NCBI GenBank assembly: GCA_963802095.1
Contig: CAWDHI010000006.1
Location: 92,302-156,301 of the forward strand
Origin: an uncultured Chloroflexia bacterium
GTDB lineage: Bacteria > Chloroflexota > Anaerolineae > Anaerolineales > Anaerolineaceae
DNA length: 64,000 nt
Reading direction: 5' to 3'
In this document: positions 28,980 to 38,200 of the stretch, piece after piece
How positions within the stretch are numbered: the stretch's first letter is position 1
How the letters are laid out: each line of letters starts with the position of its first letter
The notes under the pieces: generated by a model
Databases searched by the model: none
What the model was told of the DNA's origin: nothing
What the model saw: only the letters and a program-made list of their open reading frames with translations
Made by a program: the position numbers and the translations under genes

Positions 28980-30500
28980 TCATTTTTCCGAATCCACCGC
29001 GCGCAGGTGGGGGAAGAGCAGTACCTCGCGGATGGAGCGCTTGCCGGTGAGCAGCATGGTCAGCCTATCCACGCCCATGCCGAAACCTCCCTGGGGCGGC
29101 ATGCCGTAGAGCATGGCCTGCAGGTAGTCTTCGTCCATCGGGTGACGGTCCTCGTCCTCATCGCCAAAGGCGTGCCCCATTTCCTCGAAGCGAGCCTGCT
29201 GGTCGAGCGGGTCATTGAGCTCGCTGAAGGCGTTGCAGAGCTCCATGCCGCCGATATAGCCCTCGAAACGCTCCACGGTTGTCGGGTCGCCGGGTTTGCT
29301 CTTGGCCAGTGGAGAGATATCCCGCGGGTAGTCATAGATGAATGTGGGCTGGATGAGGGTCGGCTCCAGGAAATCGCCCAGCATGGCTTCGATGAGCTTG
29401 CCACGCGGGCTGCCTGGTTTGAACCTCATTCCCTTGGCGGTCATAGCCTGCTCCAGCGAAGCGGCATCCGGATGGGCGTTAATATCGATGCCCACGGTGT
29501 CGATCAGCCCCTGGCGCAGCTCCAGGCGCTTCCAGGGCGGGGTGAGGTCGATCTCCTGCCCGTCGAAATCGAGCTTGTAGGAGCCATTCACATCCATTGC
29601 CACAGTGGTGATCATCTGCTCGGTCAGGTCCATGATCTTGAGGTAATCCGAGTAAGCCATATAGAACTCGAGCTGGGTGAACTCGGGATTGTGCTTGAAA
29701 GAGACCCCCTCATTGCGGAAATCGCGCCCGATCTCGTAGACCCGGTCCAACCCGCCCACGATCAGGCGCTTGAGGTAGAGCTCGAAGCTGATCCGCAGGT
29801 AAAGATCCTGGTGGAGCTGGTTGTGGTGGGTGACGAAGGGTTTGGCTGCCGCGCCGCCATAGATGGGCTGCAGGATGGGAGTTTCCACTTCCAGGAAGCC
29901 CTGGCCATCCAGAAATTTCCGCAGGGCGCTCACCACCGCGGCGCGCTTGCGGAAGATCTCGCGCACCTCGGGGTTGACAGCCAGGTCGGCGTAGCGCTGG
30001 CGGAAACGGGTCTCGGGATCTGACAAGGTGGCGTGGCGTACCACCTCGCCATCCACCACTTCGTCCTTGGCTGCCGGCAGGGGGGTGATGGCTTTCGCCA
30101 GCATGGCAAAGGAGGCAACGTTGACCGTGATCTCGCCAGTGCGGGTGCGGAAGAGGGTACCGGAAGCCTCGAGGATATCGCCCAGGTCGAACTCCTCGTT
30201 GAATAGCTTGAACTTCTCCTCACCCAGGTCGTTGACCCGCAGGAAAAGCTGGATGCGGCCGGTGGAATCCTCGATGTGGGCGAAGGTGAGCTTGCCCATC
30301 GGGCGCATGGCGCGCAGCCGCCCTGCCACGGTGACGGAGATTGGCTCCGTGCTGCCGGCACCTTCGACTTTATCGAAGATTTCCAGGGCTGCCTGCGCAG
30401 TGTGGCTGACGTGGGAGCGGGTGGGGTAGGGCTCCATCCCGGCTTTGCGCAGGCGTTCGGCCTTTTCCAGGCGGATCTTTTCGAGGTCGGATCGTTCCAT
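28980..30500 (-). CDS. lysS: lysine--tRNA ligase, class II
   Basis: 506-aa intact ORF. OB-fold N-domain, then class II motifs ...FLEVETPILQPIYGGAAAKPF..., ...RDFRNEG..., ...GGFGMGVDRLTMLLTG... Confidence 0.95.
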   Translation of the reverse strand: MERSDLEKIRLEKAERLRKAGMEPYPTRSHVSHTAQAALEIFDKVEGAGSTEPISVTVAGRLRAMRPMGKLTFAHIEDSTGRIQLFLRVNDLGEEKFKLFNEEFDLGDILEASGTLFRTRTGEITVNVASFAMLAKAITPLPAAKDEVVDGEVVRHATLSDPETRFRQRYADLAVNPEVREIFRKRAAVVSALRKFLDGQGFLEVETPILQPIYGGAAAKPFVTHHNQLHQDLYLRISFELYLKRLIVGGLDRVYEIGRDFRNEGVSFKHNPEFTQLEFYMAYSDYLKIMDLTEQMITTVAMDVNGSYKLDFDGQEIDLTPPWKRLELRQGLIDTVGIDINAHPDAASLEQAMTAKGMRFKPGSPRGKLIEAMLGDFLEPTLIQPTFIYDYPRDISPLAKSKPGDPTTVERFEGYIGGMELCNAFSELNDPLDQQARFEEMGHAFGDEDEDRHPMDEDYLQAMLYGMPPQGGFGMGVDRLTMLLTGKRSIREVLLFPHLRAVDSEK

Positions 30501-30588
30501 GGGCGGGTTCCTTTAGGGAGAATTGGGTCTATTTTAATGCAGAAAGTAGCCCGCTCGCCTTCATTCCTGAAACAGCTTTACAAGTAAT

Positions 30589-30656
30589 AAAGGTTGTAAT
30601 TAGATAAACAATAAATAAAGATTGTATATATTGAAAACAAACGTAAAAGGTTGTAT
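30589..30656. repeat. three direct repeats AAAG(G/A)TTGTA(A/T) at 28-29 nt spacing in an AT-rich divergent intergenic region
   Basis: Copies at 30589-30599, 30617-30627 and 30646-30656, read directly. Confidence 0.5.
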
Positions 30657-30659
30657 ACT
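30631..30659 (+). promoter_or_regulatory. candidate promoter TTGAAA-17-TATACT that would give a leaderless mRNA starting at ATG 30666
   Basis: Hexamers and the 17-nt spacer counted by hand. The -10 ends 7 nt before the ATG, and no Shine-Dalgarno precedes it. Confidence 0.35.
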
Positions 30660-30665
30660 ATCGAT

Positions 30666-31364
30666 ATGGGAACAATAAAAAATCCGAAAGGGATCTGGGG
30701 AATCTTAACCGGCGACATCATCAATTCAAGCCTGCTATCGCAATCTGAGCGTAGCCGATTACTGGATTTCTTATCTAAGGAAATCGGTGTGTTACCAGAA
30801 TTGATCCCACCTGGTGCGAAAGTGTACGGTCCTCAGATCTTTCGCGGCGATTCGTGGCAAATGGCGGTCTTCCCGGCAAAGAATTCCCTGGATATCGGGA
30901 TCAGATTACGTGCTGCGCTGAAAAGGGATTTTTATGGGGTAGATACGAGGGTTGCGATCGGAATCGGTCAGGTGATGTTATTAATTAAAGAGTATGTGAG
31001 TACTGGATTGGGACCAGCATTCACATTATCCGGGAATACGCTGGATCAAATGGCGGATTCTAGGATTCTGCTTCGCACCGAGAAGGACATTTCCGCCCAA
31101 ACACGCACGGGGAAATCCCTGGAGTTGATCGTGCGATATATTGATGAGGTTATTACCGATTGGACGCCTGCGCAGGCGAGGGCGGTCTTGAGCGCATCGA
31201 TGGGAAAAGACCAATTAAACATCGCTAGGGATTGGGAGCCGACCCCAATCACACAACAGGCGGTATCTGCGCATTTAATCGCCGCAGATTGGAAGCTTCT
31301 TCGCGAGAGTATCAATTTCGTCGAAGATCTGATTGAGGACTGGGACCATCTGGAGGAGGCTTAG
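30666..31364 (+). CDS. SatD-like protein: nucleotide-cyclase/GGDEF-like palm domain plus C-terminal HTH-like domain
   Basis: GILTGDIINSS, IFRGDSWQMAVF and TRVAIGIGQV mimic the class III cyclase beta1/beta4 metal-Asp motifs. The C-terminus ...WTPAQARAVLSASMGKDQLNIARDW...TQQAVSAHL... is HTH-like. The SatD family call is from memory. Confidence 0.55.
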   Translation: MGTIKNPKGIWGILTGDIINSSLLSQSERSRLLDFLSKEIGVLPELIPPGAKVYGPQIFRGDSWQMAVFPAKNSLDIGIRLRAALKRDFYGVDTRVAIGIGQVMLLIKEYVSTGLGPAFTLSGNTLDQMADSRILLRTEKDISAQTRTGKSLELIVRYIDEVITDWTPAQARAVLSASMGKDQLNIARDWEPTPITQQAVSAHLIAADWKLLRESINFVEDLIEDWDHLEEA

Positions 31365-31369
31365 TAGCA

Positions 31370-32116
31370 ATGGCTTTTCGATCAATTCAGTTATTCCTGT
31401 TTAGCGTTTTCCTGCTCTCCTATCTGCTCACCCAATTCGTGGCGCTTCCAGCGATCTTTCCAAAAGGGAAACCCTCCTGGCGGCAAACCCTCGCGGGTGG
31501 TTTATTAATGGCGGTCTTTATTTACCTCCTGCTTGGGGATTGGCGTGGTTTTCTCGTTCCTCTTGGCGCGCTTGTGGTCTATTTTGTAGTGGAGTTGATC
31601 AGGCGCAGAACCGGGAAAGAAAACTTCCGCCGCTCGCTTCTCTGGCTGGCGATCTGGTTGCTGGTCATCCTCCTTGCGGCTTATGCCTTGCCGCTAATCA
31701 CCATCATTTCTTCCACCTGGCTCGCGAACTTTGGGTTGGATTACATCCGCTCGATTCTGACCCTGGCAGGGCTCCTGTTCGCGGTCTTCCAGGGCAGCCA
31801 GACGATCGGGCTAATGCTGGTGCCATTTTCTCAGGAGATACGCAAGACCTCCCCCTACACCGGGCTGAAGGATGGGGGGAAATGGATTGGCGTTCTCGAG
31901 CGGGCACTGATCTTCATCTTGGTCTTGGCAGGGCAATACGCCGCGATCGGTTTTCTTGTTGCGGCAAAATCCATCCTGCGTTTTGGGGAGGTGAAGGAGA
32001 GCGCCAACCGGATGGAAGCGGAATATATTATCATTGGGACTCTCGCGAGCATCCTTTTTGCGTTGCTCTGCGGGTTGGCGACACTCTGGCTGATTGGGCA
32101 GACAAGAATCCCATGA
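31370..32116 (+). CDS. DUF3307 (SatE-like) polytopic membrane protein
   Basis: ...GGKWIGVLERALIFILVLAGQYAAIGFLVAAKSILRF... matches the DUF3307 signature as I recall it. 6 nt downstream of the SatD-like gene. Confidence 0.6.
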   Translation: MAFRSIQLFLFSVFLLSYLLTQFVALPAIFPKGKPSWRQTLAGGLLMAVFIYLLLGDWRGFLVPLGALVVYFVVELIRRRTGKENFRRSLLWLAIWLLVILLAAYALPLITIISSTWLANFGLDYIRSILTLAGLLFAVFQGSQTIGLMLVPFSQEIRKTSPYTGLKDGGKWIGVLERALIFILVLAGQYAAIGFLVAAKSILRFGEVKESANRMEAEYIIIGTLASILFALLCGLATLWLIGQTRIP

Positions 32117-32469
32117 AACCCCACGCCCATTACGAGCATAAATCCGACCCTCTGCTACCTTTCAACCTTTTTCTCCGGCGCAAGCTGCGGCACGGCTTGG
32201 CGGCACTGCTCTTCCTGGCGGTCTCGCTCGGGCTGGGCATGATCGGCTACCACTTCACCGAGAACCTCACCTAGGTGGATTCCCTGCTCAATGGTTCTAT
32301 GATCCTGGGAGAGATGGTACCGGTAAATACGCTGCAGAGCGACGGCGGCAAGGTCTTTGCCTCCTTCTACGAACTATACTCGGGCATTGCCTTCCTGGTG
32401 GTGGCGGGAATCATCGTAGCGCCACTTGCCCACCGCCTGATGCACCGCATGCACCTTGAAGATCGATAA
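32113..32469 (+). CDS. small pore-loop-like membrane protein interrupted by an in-frame TAG at 32272-32274
   Basis: ATGA overlap with DUF3307. MKPHAHYEH...GMIGYHFTENLT-stop-VDSLLNGSMILGEMVPVNTLQSDGGKVFASFYELYSGIAFLVV... continues in the same frame. Confidence 0.5.
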
Positions 32470-32523
32470 ATTAATAATTTTTCTAAAGGGATTATGATGA
32501 CTGATTAAAATATTGCCCCCAAA

Positions 32524-33948
32524 GTGTTTATTTCATATAGCTGGAGCTCAGAAGATCACCAAAAGAAGATCAAAGAATGGGTGGACCATCTACTCCACGA
32601 TGGAATTGACGTCATTTTTGATTTATATGATTTAAAAAAGGGTGAAGACAAGTATTCATTCATGGAAAAAATGGTTACTGATAAAAGTGTAACGAGGGTC
32701 CTAGTATTTATCGATAAAGAATATTCAGAAAAAGCGGACAAACGAAAAAAAGCTGGAGTGGGGACAGAATCTCAAATTATTTCACGCGAAATTTATGAAA
32801 AAATCGATCAATATAAATTTATACCAATTGTTTGTGAATTTAATGATAAAGGATCTGCTTATTTACCGGTTTTTCTAAAATCTAGGATTTATATCGATTT
32901 CTCAACCACAGAAGAAGTTGAAGAAAATTGGGAGCAATTGGTTAGGTCTATCTTTAATAGGCCGTTGCATCAAAAACCCCCGATCGGAATCCCCCCCGTA
33001 TTCATAATAGAACAACAACTGGAATCATTTGGACCCATTAGCGCGAAATATTTTTCTCTTCAGAAAGCAGTTCAGGAAAATAGAAAAGGATAAAAATTTT
33101 ATCGGAATGATTTTCTAAAAGAATCCTTCGATTATATTGATAGGCTTCGACCAAGAGAGCAACCAAATGACATTTCACTCGATAAAAACGCAATAAAGAT
33201 TTATGAAAAATTAATTCCAGTTCGAAATTATCTTCTTGACTGGTTAATCCTTGAAGCTGAGAATGAATCAAATGATTTTCAGGATGCTGTTCACCAAGTT
33301 CTTGAAACAATACTTGAACTTAGGGTAAGACCTTTTGAAACCAATCCCTGGAGTGAAGATTGGTACGAAGGACATAAAATATTCGCCTATGAAACCTTTT
33401 TGTATTTTATTGTGGCATTGATTAAGTGTGAAGCGCGTATGAATTTGCAGGTAATGTTGAAATCACATTACTTAGTTCCTAAAACTGATTATCAATCTAA
33501 TTCGCGATTCTGCAATTTCGAACGATTTTATAATCATTCAGATCTTCTACAAAAAGAACTAGCACCTGAAAGGCAAAGATTATATAGCCCTGTAATTAAA
33601 TTAATTAAAAAATATTCTGATCGCTCTGATATAAATTTCAATCGATTGATGGAGGCTGATTTAGTGGCTTTATTAATGGCGCTAATCGCAGATGAAGGTT
33701 TTTGGTACCCGCAAACCTTATTCTATTCGGGAAATGGTTTTGAAGCTCCACTCTTCTTGCAAGCTACGCGTCATAAAGGATTCCAAAATCTGACTGAAAT
33801 TACCGGAATAAATTCAGTTGAAGATTCAACGAGGAAAATTCAAGATGGTGCAAAACGAATCGGAATACAGCACTTTGAAGTTTTACATAATCGCCGGATT
33901 ACGCTGGATTCAATTTATAATCTGAACCTATTAGATTCAATATATTAA
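32524..33948 (+). CDS. TIR/SEFIR-like domain protein with ~280-aa uncharacterised helical C-terminal domain; in-frame TAA at 33091-33093
   Basis: GTG start. VFISYSWSSEDHQKKIKEWVDHLLHDGIDVIFDLYDLKKGEDKYSFMEKMV...RVLVFIDKEYSEKA...GVGTESQII. The frame stays open for 285 codons after the TAA (KFYRNDFLKESFDYIDRL...LLDSIY). Very low GC. Confidence 0.7.
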
Positions 33949-33957
33949 ATATCTGTA

Positions 33958-34950
33958 ATGTATCTACAAATCCGCCCCATGAACCTGCCGCAGGACCTCG
34001 ACGCGTGGATGGCCGTCACCGCTGCGGGTTTCCAATACCCGGATCACCCGGAATGGAACTACTCCTCGGAGGAGATCGAGAACAACGTTGCCGCCATCCG
34101 CTCGCTGAAGCAGATCTGGCCGCTCTTCGCCCTGCTGCGCGCCTTTTCGGCCGACGCGCGCGATATGATCCGCGGATTCTTCTATGAAGTAGAAGGCATA
34201 GTGGTGGGGAATATCTCCTGCCAGCGGAGGGGAGAGGCCTGGTATATCTCCGATGTGGTCGTGCTACCCGAATACCGCGGGAAGGGGTATGCCCGCAAGT
34301 TAGTGGAGTCCTGCGTGGAGGATATCCGCGCGCGGGGCGGCAGGCAGGTGAGCCTGGATGTGGTCAGCGGGAATAAACCTGCGATAGCGCTCTATAGAAC
34401 CGAGGGCTTCCGGGAGTACACCTCCCTGGCATTCTACGAGATGAAAAGCTACCACCCACTGCTGGCGGTTGGCACCGACGATTGCCGGGTGGAGGAGATC
34501 AAGGGGGATTCCTGGAAGCTGCGCTACGAATTCTGGAAGCGCGTCACTCCCGCCGGGGTGCAGGAATTCGCGCCTGTCACCGAATCCTCCTATCGCCGAC
34601 CGGCATTCACCCGAGCATTTTACAGGTTATGGCGATGGCTTTCCGGTGAAAAATTCCAGGTTTATGCATTGCTGCGCGGCCGTGGCAGGCATGTGCTTGG
34701 CGTGGCAACCGTGAACAAGCGCACCAAGGAAGGCGGGATAAACATCCTGGAGATCGGGTTGGATGAGACCTACAACGGGAAGGCGGAATATTTTCTCACC
34801 GAAATCCTCTGGCGGATCTACTCGGACCACAAAACCCCGCTGACGGAGTTCGAGCTGCCTGCCTGGCAAACAGGACTGAGGAGGGCTTGCTCGGGGCTGG
34901 GGGTGGAGCCGAAATACGAGACCATCAGCATGGGGATAAAGCTGGAATAA
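33958..34950 (+). CDS. GNAT family N-acetyltransferase (330 aa)
   Basis: ...ISDVVVLPEYRGKGYARKLVESCVEDIRARGGRQVSLDVVSGNKPAIALYRTEGF... Confidence 0.8.
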   Translation: MYLQIRPMNLPQDLDAWMAVTAAGFQYPDHPEWNYSSEEIENNVAAIRSLKQIWPLFALLRAFSADARDMIRGFFYEVEGIVVGNISCQRRGEAWYISDVVVLPEYRGKGYARKLVESCVEDIRARGGRQVSLDVVSGNKPAIALYRTEGFREYTSLAFYEMKSYHPLLAVGTDDCRVEEIKGDSWKLRYEFWKRVTPAGVQEFAPVTESSYRRPAFTRAFYRLWRWLSGEKFQVYALLRGRGRHVLGVATVNKRTKEGGINILEIGLDETYNGKAEYFLTEILWRIYSDHKTPLTEFELPAWQTGLRRACSGLGVEPKYETISMGIKLE

Positions 34951-34952
34951 AA

Positions 34953-34978
34953 AAATCGCCTCCATCTGGAGGCGATTT
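34953..34978. terminator. bidirectional intrinsic terminator (AAATCGCCTCCA/TGGAGGCGATTT)
   Basis: 12-nt perfect inverted repeat between the convergent GNAT and greA genes. Confidence 0.7.
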
Positions 34979-34993
34979 GATTTCAACGAGTAA

Positions 34994-35458
34994 TCACTTC
35001 ACACTGACCAAATGAACCTTGTAGGAACCTGCGGGGGCTTCCACGACGATCTTATCCCCGGTCTTGTGACCGGTCAGCGCCTTGCCCAGCGGGGATTCGT
35101 TGGAGATGCGCCCGTTGTGCGGGTCCGCCTCGGCTGCGCCTACGATGGAGTAGGTTTCTTCCTTCTTGGAACCTTCCTCCTTGATCACGACAGTCGAGCC
35201 AACCCCTGCAACCTCGTGTGTGGGGGCATCTTCGATCACCCTGGCAGTTGCCAGCAGGACTTCAAGCTCCTTGATGCGGCCTTCCACGAAGGCTTGCTCA
35301 TTCTTGGCGGCTTCGTATTCTGCGTTTTCGATCAACTCGCCGCCCTCCATGGCTTCGCGCAGGCGCTCGGCGATCTCCTTGCGCTTATCGGTACGCAGGT
35401 GTTCCAGCTCATCCTGGAGCTTCTGGTATCCTTCCCGGGTGAGGAAAGTGTTGGCCAT
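34994..35458 (-). CDS. greA: transcription elongation factor GreA
   Basis: MANTFLTREGYQKLQDELEHLRTDKRKEIAERLREA...ENAEYEAAKNEQAFVEGRIKELE...ISNESPLGKALTGHKTGD... Confidence 0.95.
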   Translation of the reverse strand: MANTFLTREGYQKLQDELEHLRTDKRKEIAERLREAMEGGELIENAEYEAAKNEQAFVEGRIKELEVLLATARVIEDAPTHEVAGVGSTVVIKEEGSKKEETYSIVGAAEADPHNGRISNESPLGKALTGHKTGDKIVVEAPAGSYKVHLVSVK

Positions 35459-35691
35459 GGTCCAATTCCTTAAAAAGAAAATTTCCTGCAATGTTCCCAT
35501 TGATCCAAAATTACCAGGTCTGGTAAAAAAAACCACTCCAAGCGGGGCGGTTTAGTTGGATCGCCGGCACGGCGTGATGTTATTAGGAAAGATAATATCA
35601 CAAATCGGACTCCAAAGCAAGAAGGAATATGTTTAAAATTGTGCGGGGGTCAGCACATAGTATACAGTTTAAAATCGGGAAGTAGAAAGCC

Positions 35692-35724
35692 AAAAAAACT
35701 GCCGGGAAGCGTTCTGACCGGCAG
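35692..35724 (-). terminator. intrinsic terminator after the oxidoreductase operon
   Basis: The minus strand reads CTGCCGG-12 nt-CCGGCAG followed by TTTTTTT. Confidence 0.6.
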
Positions 35725-35746
35725 CAAGTGATTTGCTATAGAAGGA

Positions 35747-36286
35747 TCAGGCAGTCTTATACTTCGCGCCTTCCCGCAGGGCATCGTAGTTCTTCGAAAG
35801 AAGGTCGTGGTGGCGCTTGGGGAGGTGATCGCAAAGGGCTTTTTCCACCGCTTCGAGCGGGAGGAAGGGTTCATTCGCCAGCAGCCCGCCCAGCAGCACC
35901 ATGTTTGTCAGGCGTTTATCGCCCAGCTTCTCGGCGATATCGTTGGCGGGGATCATCACCACGCGTATATCGTTGCGCTTCGCCTCCCGGTTGACGATGG
36001 ACTGGTTAACCACCAGCACACCGCCATCCCGCACCAGCGGCTCATATTTATCCAGCGAGGGCAGGTTCATGGCGATGACGGCAGTGGGACGACTGACCAG
36101 GGGTGAACCGATCTCCTCATCCGCGACGATGACGGTGCAGTTGGCGGTGCCGCCCCGCATCTCGGGTCCATAGGATGGGATCCAGGTGGTCTCCTTTTTT
36201 TCATCCAGGGCGGCGTAGGCCAGCAGCTGCCCGGCGAAGAGGGTGCCCTGGCCACCAAAACCGGAAATGATCACTTCGGTCTGCAT
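35747..36286 (-). CDS. 2-oxoacid:ferredoxin oxidoreductase, gamma subunit
   Basis: [26 protein letters not shown]... Confidence 0.9.
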   Translation of the reverse strand: MQTEVIISGFGGQGTLFAGQLLAYAALDEKKETTWIPSYGPEMRGGTANCTVIVADEEIGSPLVSRPTAVIAMNLPSLDKYEPLVRDGGVLVVNQSIVNREAKRNDIRVVMIPANDIAEKLGDKRLTNMVLLGGLLANEPFLPLEAVEKALCDHLPKRHHDLLSKNYDALREGAKYKTA

Positions 36287-36298
36287 CGATTCTCTCCT

Positions 36299-37078
36299 CT
36301 AAAGTTTGGCTTCCAGCAGGGTGGGGTGAACCTTGAAATCAGTGAGCGGGAAGTAGGGCACCATTTTTTCCTCCAGCCAGACACGGGATGCCTGGGGGGT
36401 CATCCCCCAGTTGGTGGGGCAGGTGGAAAGGATCTCAACCATCGAGAAACCCAGCCCGCGCACCTGGACCTCGAAGGCCATGCGAATGGCTTTCTTGGTC
36501 AGGCGGATGTTCTTGGGGTCATGCAGCGAGCGCCGGACGATGTAACTGGCGCCATCCAGGGTTGCCAACAGCTCAGCAGCCCGCACGGGGTAGCCCATGG
36601 TCTCCACGTCGCGCCCATCGGGCGAGGAGGTGGTCTTCATCCCCGGCAGGGTGGTGGGGGCCATCTGCCCGCCGGTCATGCCGTAATTGGCGTTGTTGAT
36701 GAAGATGACGGTGATATTCTCGCCGCGGGCGGCAGCGTGGACGATCTCGCCCATGCCGATGGAGGCCATATCGCCATCTCCCTGGTAGGTGAGCACGATC
36801 TTATCCGGCAGCACGCGCTTGACGCCGGTGGCCATGGCGGGTGCGCGCCCGTGGGGAGCCTGCACCCAATCGAAATTGAAGTAGTTATAGGCAAAGACCG
36901 AGCAGCCAACCGAAGCCACGCCGATGGTGCGCTCGCGCAGACCCATTTCATCCAGCACCTCAGCAGCCAGCTTGTGAGCAACGCCGTGGGTGCAGCCGGG
37001 GCAATAGTGCGAAGATACATCGGTCAGGGATTTCGGGCGGGTATAGACGGGGGTGTAATCTAGATGTTCAATAACCAT
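36299..37078 (-). CDS. 2-oxoacid:ferredoxin oxidoreductase, beta (TPP-binding) subunit
   Basis: ...[13 protein letters not shown]...GDGD...[11 protein letters not shown]... Confidence 0.9.
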   Translation of the reverse strand: MVIEHLDYTPVYTRPKSLTDVSSHYCPGCTHGVAHKLAAEVLDEMGLRERTIGVASVGCSVFAYNYFNFDWVQAPHGRAPAMATGVKRVLPDKIVLTYQGDGDMASIGMGEIVHAAARGENITVIFINNANYGMTGGQMAPTTLPGMKTTSSPDGRDVETMGYPVRAAELLATLDGASYIVRRSLHDPKNIRLTKKAIRMAFEVQVRGLGFSMVEILSTCPTNWGMTPQASRVWLEEKMVPYFPLTDFKVHPTLLEAKL

Positions 37079-37087
37079 AATTACCTC

Positions 37088-38200
37088 CTAGCGTTCGGAA
37101 GCGATCCGCGCCAGCCAGCGGTCGCGGGGGTGACCTTCGGTGGAAGCAGTTCCGGAGGCCATGTGGCGGATCTCGGCAGCGATCTCTTCGGGCAGCGGGG
37201 TGATCCCACCGGTGCGCGCATAGAATTCCACGGGGGTCCGGCAGCTATTGGCAAGCAGGACATCTTCCAGCATCTGCCCGTTGTTCATCTCCACCACCAG
37301 GATGCCCTTGACCCGGGCGGCGAGCGCGCCGATGGCTTTGACGGGGAACGGGTTGAGGGTGATGGGCCGTAGCAGCCCAACCTTGATCCCTTCGGCACGC
37401 AAGGCGCGCACCGTGCTTAGCGCCACCCTGCCGGCCGAGCCGAAGCCGATCACGGCGTATTCGGCATCCTCGAGGAAGTACTCCTTGTAGCGGATCTCGT
37501 TGGCTTGCACTTCCTGCCAGCGGCGTGCCATGCGCAGGTTGGCTTTCTCCTGCGAGGCAGTATCCAGCTGGATGGAGGAGAGCACGTGACGCTTTTCGCC
37601 ATCCACGCCACGCACCGCCCATTCGGGGTAGCTGGTTTTAAGGGGCTGCATGGGGGGCAGCTCACAGGGTTCCATCATCTGCCCGATGCTGCCGTCGGTG
37701 AGCACCACGCAGATGGAGCGATATTTTTCAGCCAGGTCGAAGGCCAGAATGGTCAGATCAACCGATTCCTGCACACTGGCAGGGGCGAGGACGATGGGGT
37801 AGTAATCCCCGTGCCCGCCGCCATGGACGATCTGGTTGTAATCTGCCTGCGCCGGGGCGATATTGCCAAGGCCTGGCCCGCCGCGCATCACATCTACAAG
37901 GACCATGGGCACCTCGGTGCCGGCGATGTAGGAGAGACCCTCCATCATCAGGCTAACACCGGGGCTGGAGGAGGAGGTCATGGTGCGCGCGCCGGTGCAG
38001 GCAGCGCCGTAGACCATGTTAATGGCGCCCAGCTCGCTCTCAGCCTGGACGAAGGCACGCCCCAGTTGGGGCATGCGCCGGGAGAGGTATTCCAGCAGTT
38101 CTGTCTGCGGGGTGATGGGGTAGCCAAAATAGGCCTGCATGCCTGCGCGAACAGCAGCTTCTGCAACTGCCTCGTTTCCCTTCCAAAGTTCACGGGTCAT
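37088..38200 (-). CDS. 2-oxoacid:ferredoxin oxidoreductase, alpha subunit
   Basis: ...WKGNEAVAEAAVRAGMQAYFGYPITPQTE...QAESELGAINMVYGAA... Confidence 0.9.
   Translation of the reverse strand: MTRELWKGNEAVAEAAVRAGMQAYFGYPITPQTELLEYLSRRMPQLGRAFVQAESELGAINMVYGAACTGARTMTSSSSPGVSLMMEGLSYIAGTEVPMVLVDVMRGGPGLGNIAPAQADYNQIVHGGGHGDYYPIVLAPASVQESVDLTILAFDLAEKYRSICVVLTDGSIGQMMEPCELPPMQPLKTSYPEWAVRGVDGEKRHVLSSIQLDTASQEKANLRMARRWQEVQANEIRYKEYFLEDAEYAVIGFGSAGRVALSTVRALRAEGIKVGLLRPITLNPFPVKAIGALAARVKGILVVEMNNGQMLEDVLLANSCRTPVEFYARTGGITPLPEEIAAEIRHMASGTASTEGHPRDRWLARIASER

Noticed and set aside
28965-30023. 352-aa plus-strand ORF
   Set aside because: Antisense to lysS, whose class II synthetase motifs are unmistakable. 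It is a typical high-GC shadow ORF.
26670-30500. Functional link between tRNA-Lys and lysS lying 2.2 kb apart
   Set aside because: They are separated by an unrelated convergent kinase gene and have their own terminators. Proximity is most simply coincidence.
30501-30588. T-box or other riboswitch leader upstream of lysS
   Set aside because: The minus-strand leader is short. I could not find a specifier-loop/T-box (AGGGTGGNACC-like) sequence or a terminator/antiterminator pair by eye.
32113-32469. Calling the small membrane protein a potassium channel
   Set aside because: The pore-loop-like segment reads SMILGEMVPV. No T-V-G-Y-G type selectivity filter is present, so only a generic pore-loop-like membrane protein can be supported.
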